Below are positions 62,878-64,000 of a DNA stretch of 64,000 nt, piece after piece. The position numbers were made by a program, and so were the translations under genes. The stretch spans positions 2,394 to 66,393 of the forward strand of contig CACLNZ010000004.1 of NCBI GenBank assembly GCA_902608415.1. The letters are read 5' to 3'. The notes below the pieces were generated by a model. That model saw only the letters and a list, made by a program, of their open reading frames with translations. It was not told where the DNA came from and ran no database searches. Each line of letters starts with the position of its first letter. Positions within the stretch are counted from its first letter, which is position 1. Origin of the DNA: an uncultured PS1 clade bacterium (GTDB lineage: Bacteria > Pseudomonadota > Alphaproteobacteria > MED-G09).

Positions 62878-64000
62878 TTATAAAAGAGCTAAAGATGTTT
62901 TGATTTCATCTAATATTTCGTTGCTTAGATTTTGATTATCAGTTTCAATCATTACTCTAATTAATGGCTCTGTTCCGCTCTTTCTAATAATAATTCTTCC
63001 TTCGTTTCCAATTTTTTCTTTCATTTCTTTTGAAAGGTTTTCCAGAATTGAGTCTGAAATATCTTTTTTATCATCAGATATATGCTCATAATGTTTTTGA
63101 GAAATAAGAGGAAAAAGATTTGTAAGATTCAAAATAGATTTATTCTCTTCAATCATTAAAGATAAAACCTGCAATGAGGAAATAATAGCGTCTCCAGTGG
63201 TTGAAAAATCATTAATTATTAAATGACCTGAGGGTTCACCTCCAAAATTTGAACCACTTTTTAACATTTCCTCAATTACATATCTATCTCCAACATTAGC
63301 TCTAATTAATTTAAGGTCGATTGAATCAAGATAGTTTTCTAGTGATAGATTGGCCATTATTGTTGAAATAACTTTATTGCTTTTCAACAAATTCTTTTTC
63401 TTAAGTGATAATGCTATCATGGCAAGCAAATGGTCTCCATTAACTTGATCTCCATTTTCATCTATTATTGCTAATCTGTCGCCATCTCCATCAAATGCAA
63501 TCCCTAAATCGGCATTCTCATCTTTTACTTTTTTTCTTAAAGCTTTTGTTTTAGTAGATCCACAATCTTGATTTATATTTCTTCCATTAGGTTTGTCTCC
63601 TATAACGATAACATCAGCACCTAGCTCCCAAAATATCATTGGCGCAACCTTATAAGCAGCGCCATTTGCGCAATCTAAAACGATTTTAAGATGATCTAAC
63701 CTCATAGAATTTGGAAAAGATGCTTTTGCAAATTCAATATAACGCGACAATGCATCATCGACTCTTCTTGCAGCGCCTATTTGGTTTTTATCCTGCAGAC
63801 TCATTATATCTGATCTATTCATTAACTCATTTATTTCTGTTTGCTTTTCGTCGGTAAGCTTATAGCCATCTGGGCCAAAAAGTTTAAAGCCATTATCCTC
63901 ATAAGTATTATGAGAAGCTGTTATCATTACTCCTAAGTCAGCTCTTAATGCTTGAGTTAAATGTGCAACGGCTGGTGTTGGTATTGGGCCAGTAAGAAAC
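62878..64000 (-). CDS. glmM: Phosphoglucosamine mutase (5' end lies outside the window)
   Basis: The reading frame stays open to the window edge. Translation upstream of the track Met reads 'GPIPTPAVAHLTQALRADLGVMITASHN' with the active-site 'TASHN' Ser. 'FDGDGDR' metal loop and 'GGEPSGH' are present. Confidence 0.9.
   Translation of the reverse strand, partial: FLTGPIPTPAVAHLTQALRADLGVMITASHNTYEDNGFKLFGPDGYKLTDEKQTEINELMNRSDIMSLQDKNQIGAARRVDDALSRYIEFAKASFPNSMRLDHLKIVLDCANGAAYKVAPMIFWELGADVIVIGDKPNGRNINQDCGSTKTKALRKKVKDENADLGIAFDGDGDRLAIIDENGDQVNGDHLLAMIALSLKKKNLLKSNKVISTIMANLSLENYLDSIDLKLIRANVGDRYVIEEMLKSGSNFGGEPSGHLIINDFSTTGDAIISSLQVLSLMIEENKSILNLTNLFPLISQKHYEHISDDKKDISDSILENLSKEMKEKIGNEGRIIIRKSGTEPLIRVMIETDNQNLSNEILDEIKTSLALL

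Noticed and set aside
1-64000. CRISPR arrays, transposases or IS elements, prophage genes, rRNA.
   Set aside because: I saw no spaced direct-repeat array, no transposase, integrase or phage-like ORF, and no rRNA-like sequence on reading both strands. Intergenic space is too small to hide them.

Overview
AT-rich, very gene-dense chromosomal segment with about 60 CDS, one tRNA, one riboswitch and almost no spacer DNA. No transposase, integrase, CRISPR array or rRNA was seen. The gene content points to a streamlined marine alphaproteobacterium: ALA-synthase hemA, rpoH, ELM1/DUF1022, a DUF3035 lipoprotein and a long-type serC. Composition and content look Pelagibacterales-like or HIMB59/AEGEAN-169-like, but that placement is inference only.

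Housekeeping genes: gloA, trxB, lspA-ileS-ribF, mnmA, tRNA-Met, cysQ-like, a heme cluster (hemA divergent from hemC(+D-like)-hemE-hemF-hemJ), rluD, rpoH, purA-serA-serC and glmM (cut by the window end).

Accessory content:
- Three TonB-dependent receptors.
- An FTR1/P19 iron permease pair with Fur-box-like repeats.
- A TPP-riboswitch-controlled receptor-PnuC-ThiK-like thiamine scavenging operon.
- Two tandem membrane-anchored PQQ/heme-c alcohol dehydrogenases.
- A translationally coupled amidohydrolase / 2x P450 / SDR / ThuA-like / SDR operon.
- An orphan form-II CoxL-like molybdoenzyme subunit.
- A NitT/TauT-type ABC transporter island.

The best candidate for an undescribed system is the coupled three-gene module at 32436..34226. 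It encodes a miniature MotA/ExbB-type channel, a single-TM partner with a buried Asp and a non-canonical periplasmic beta domain, and a 2-TM protein of unknown fold. Other notable points are a decayed, truncated MutL-N-like gene, an 18-bp perfect inverted repeat in a divergent promoter region, and six convergent gene pairs whose stop codons physically overlap.
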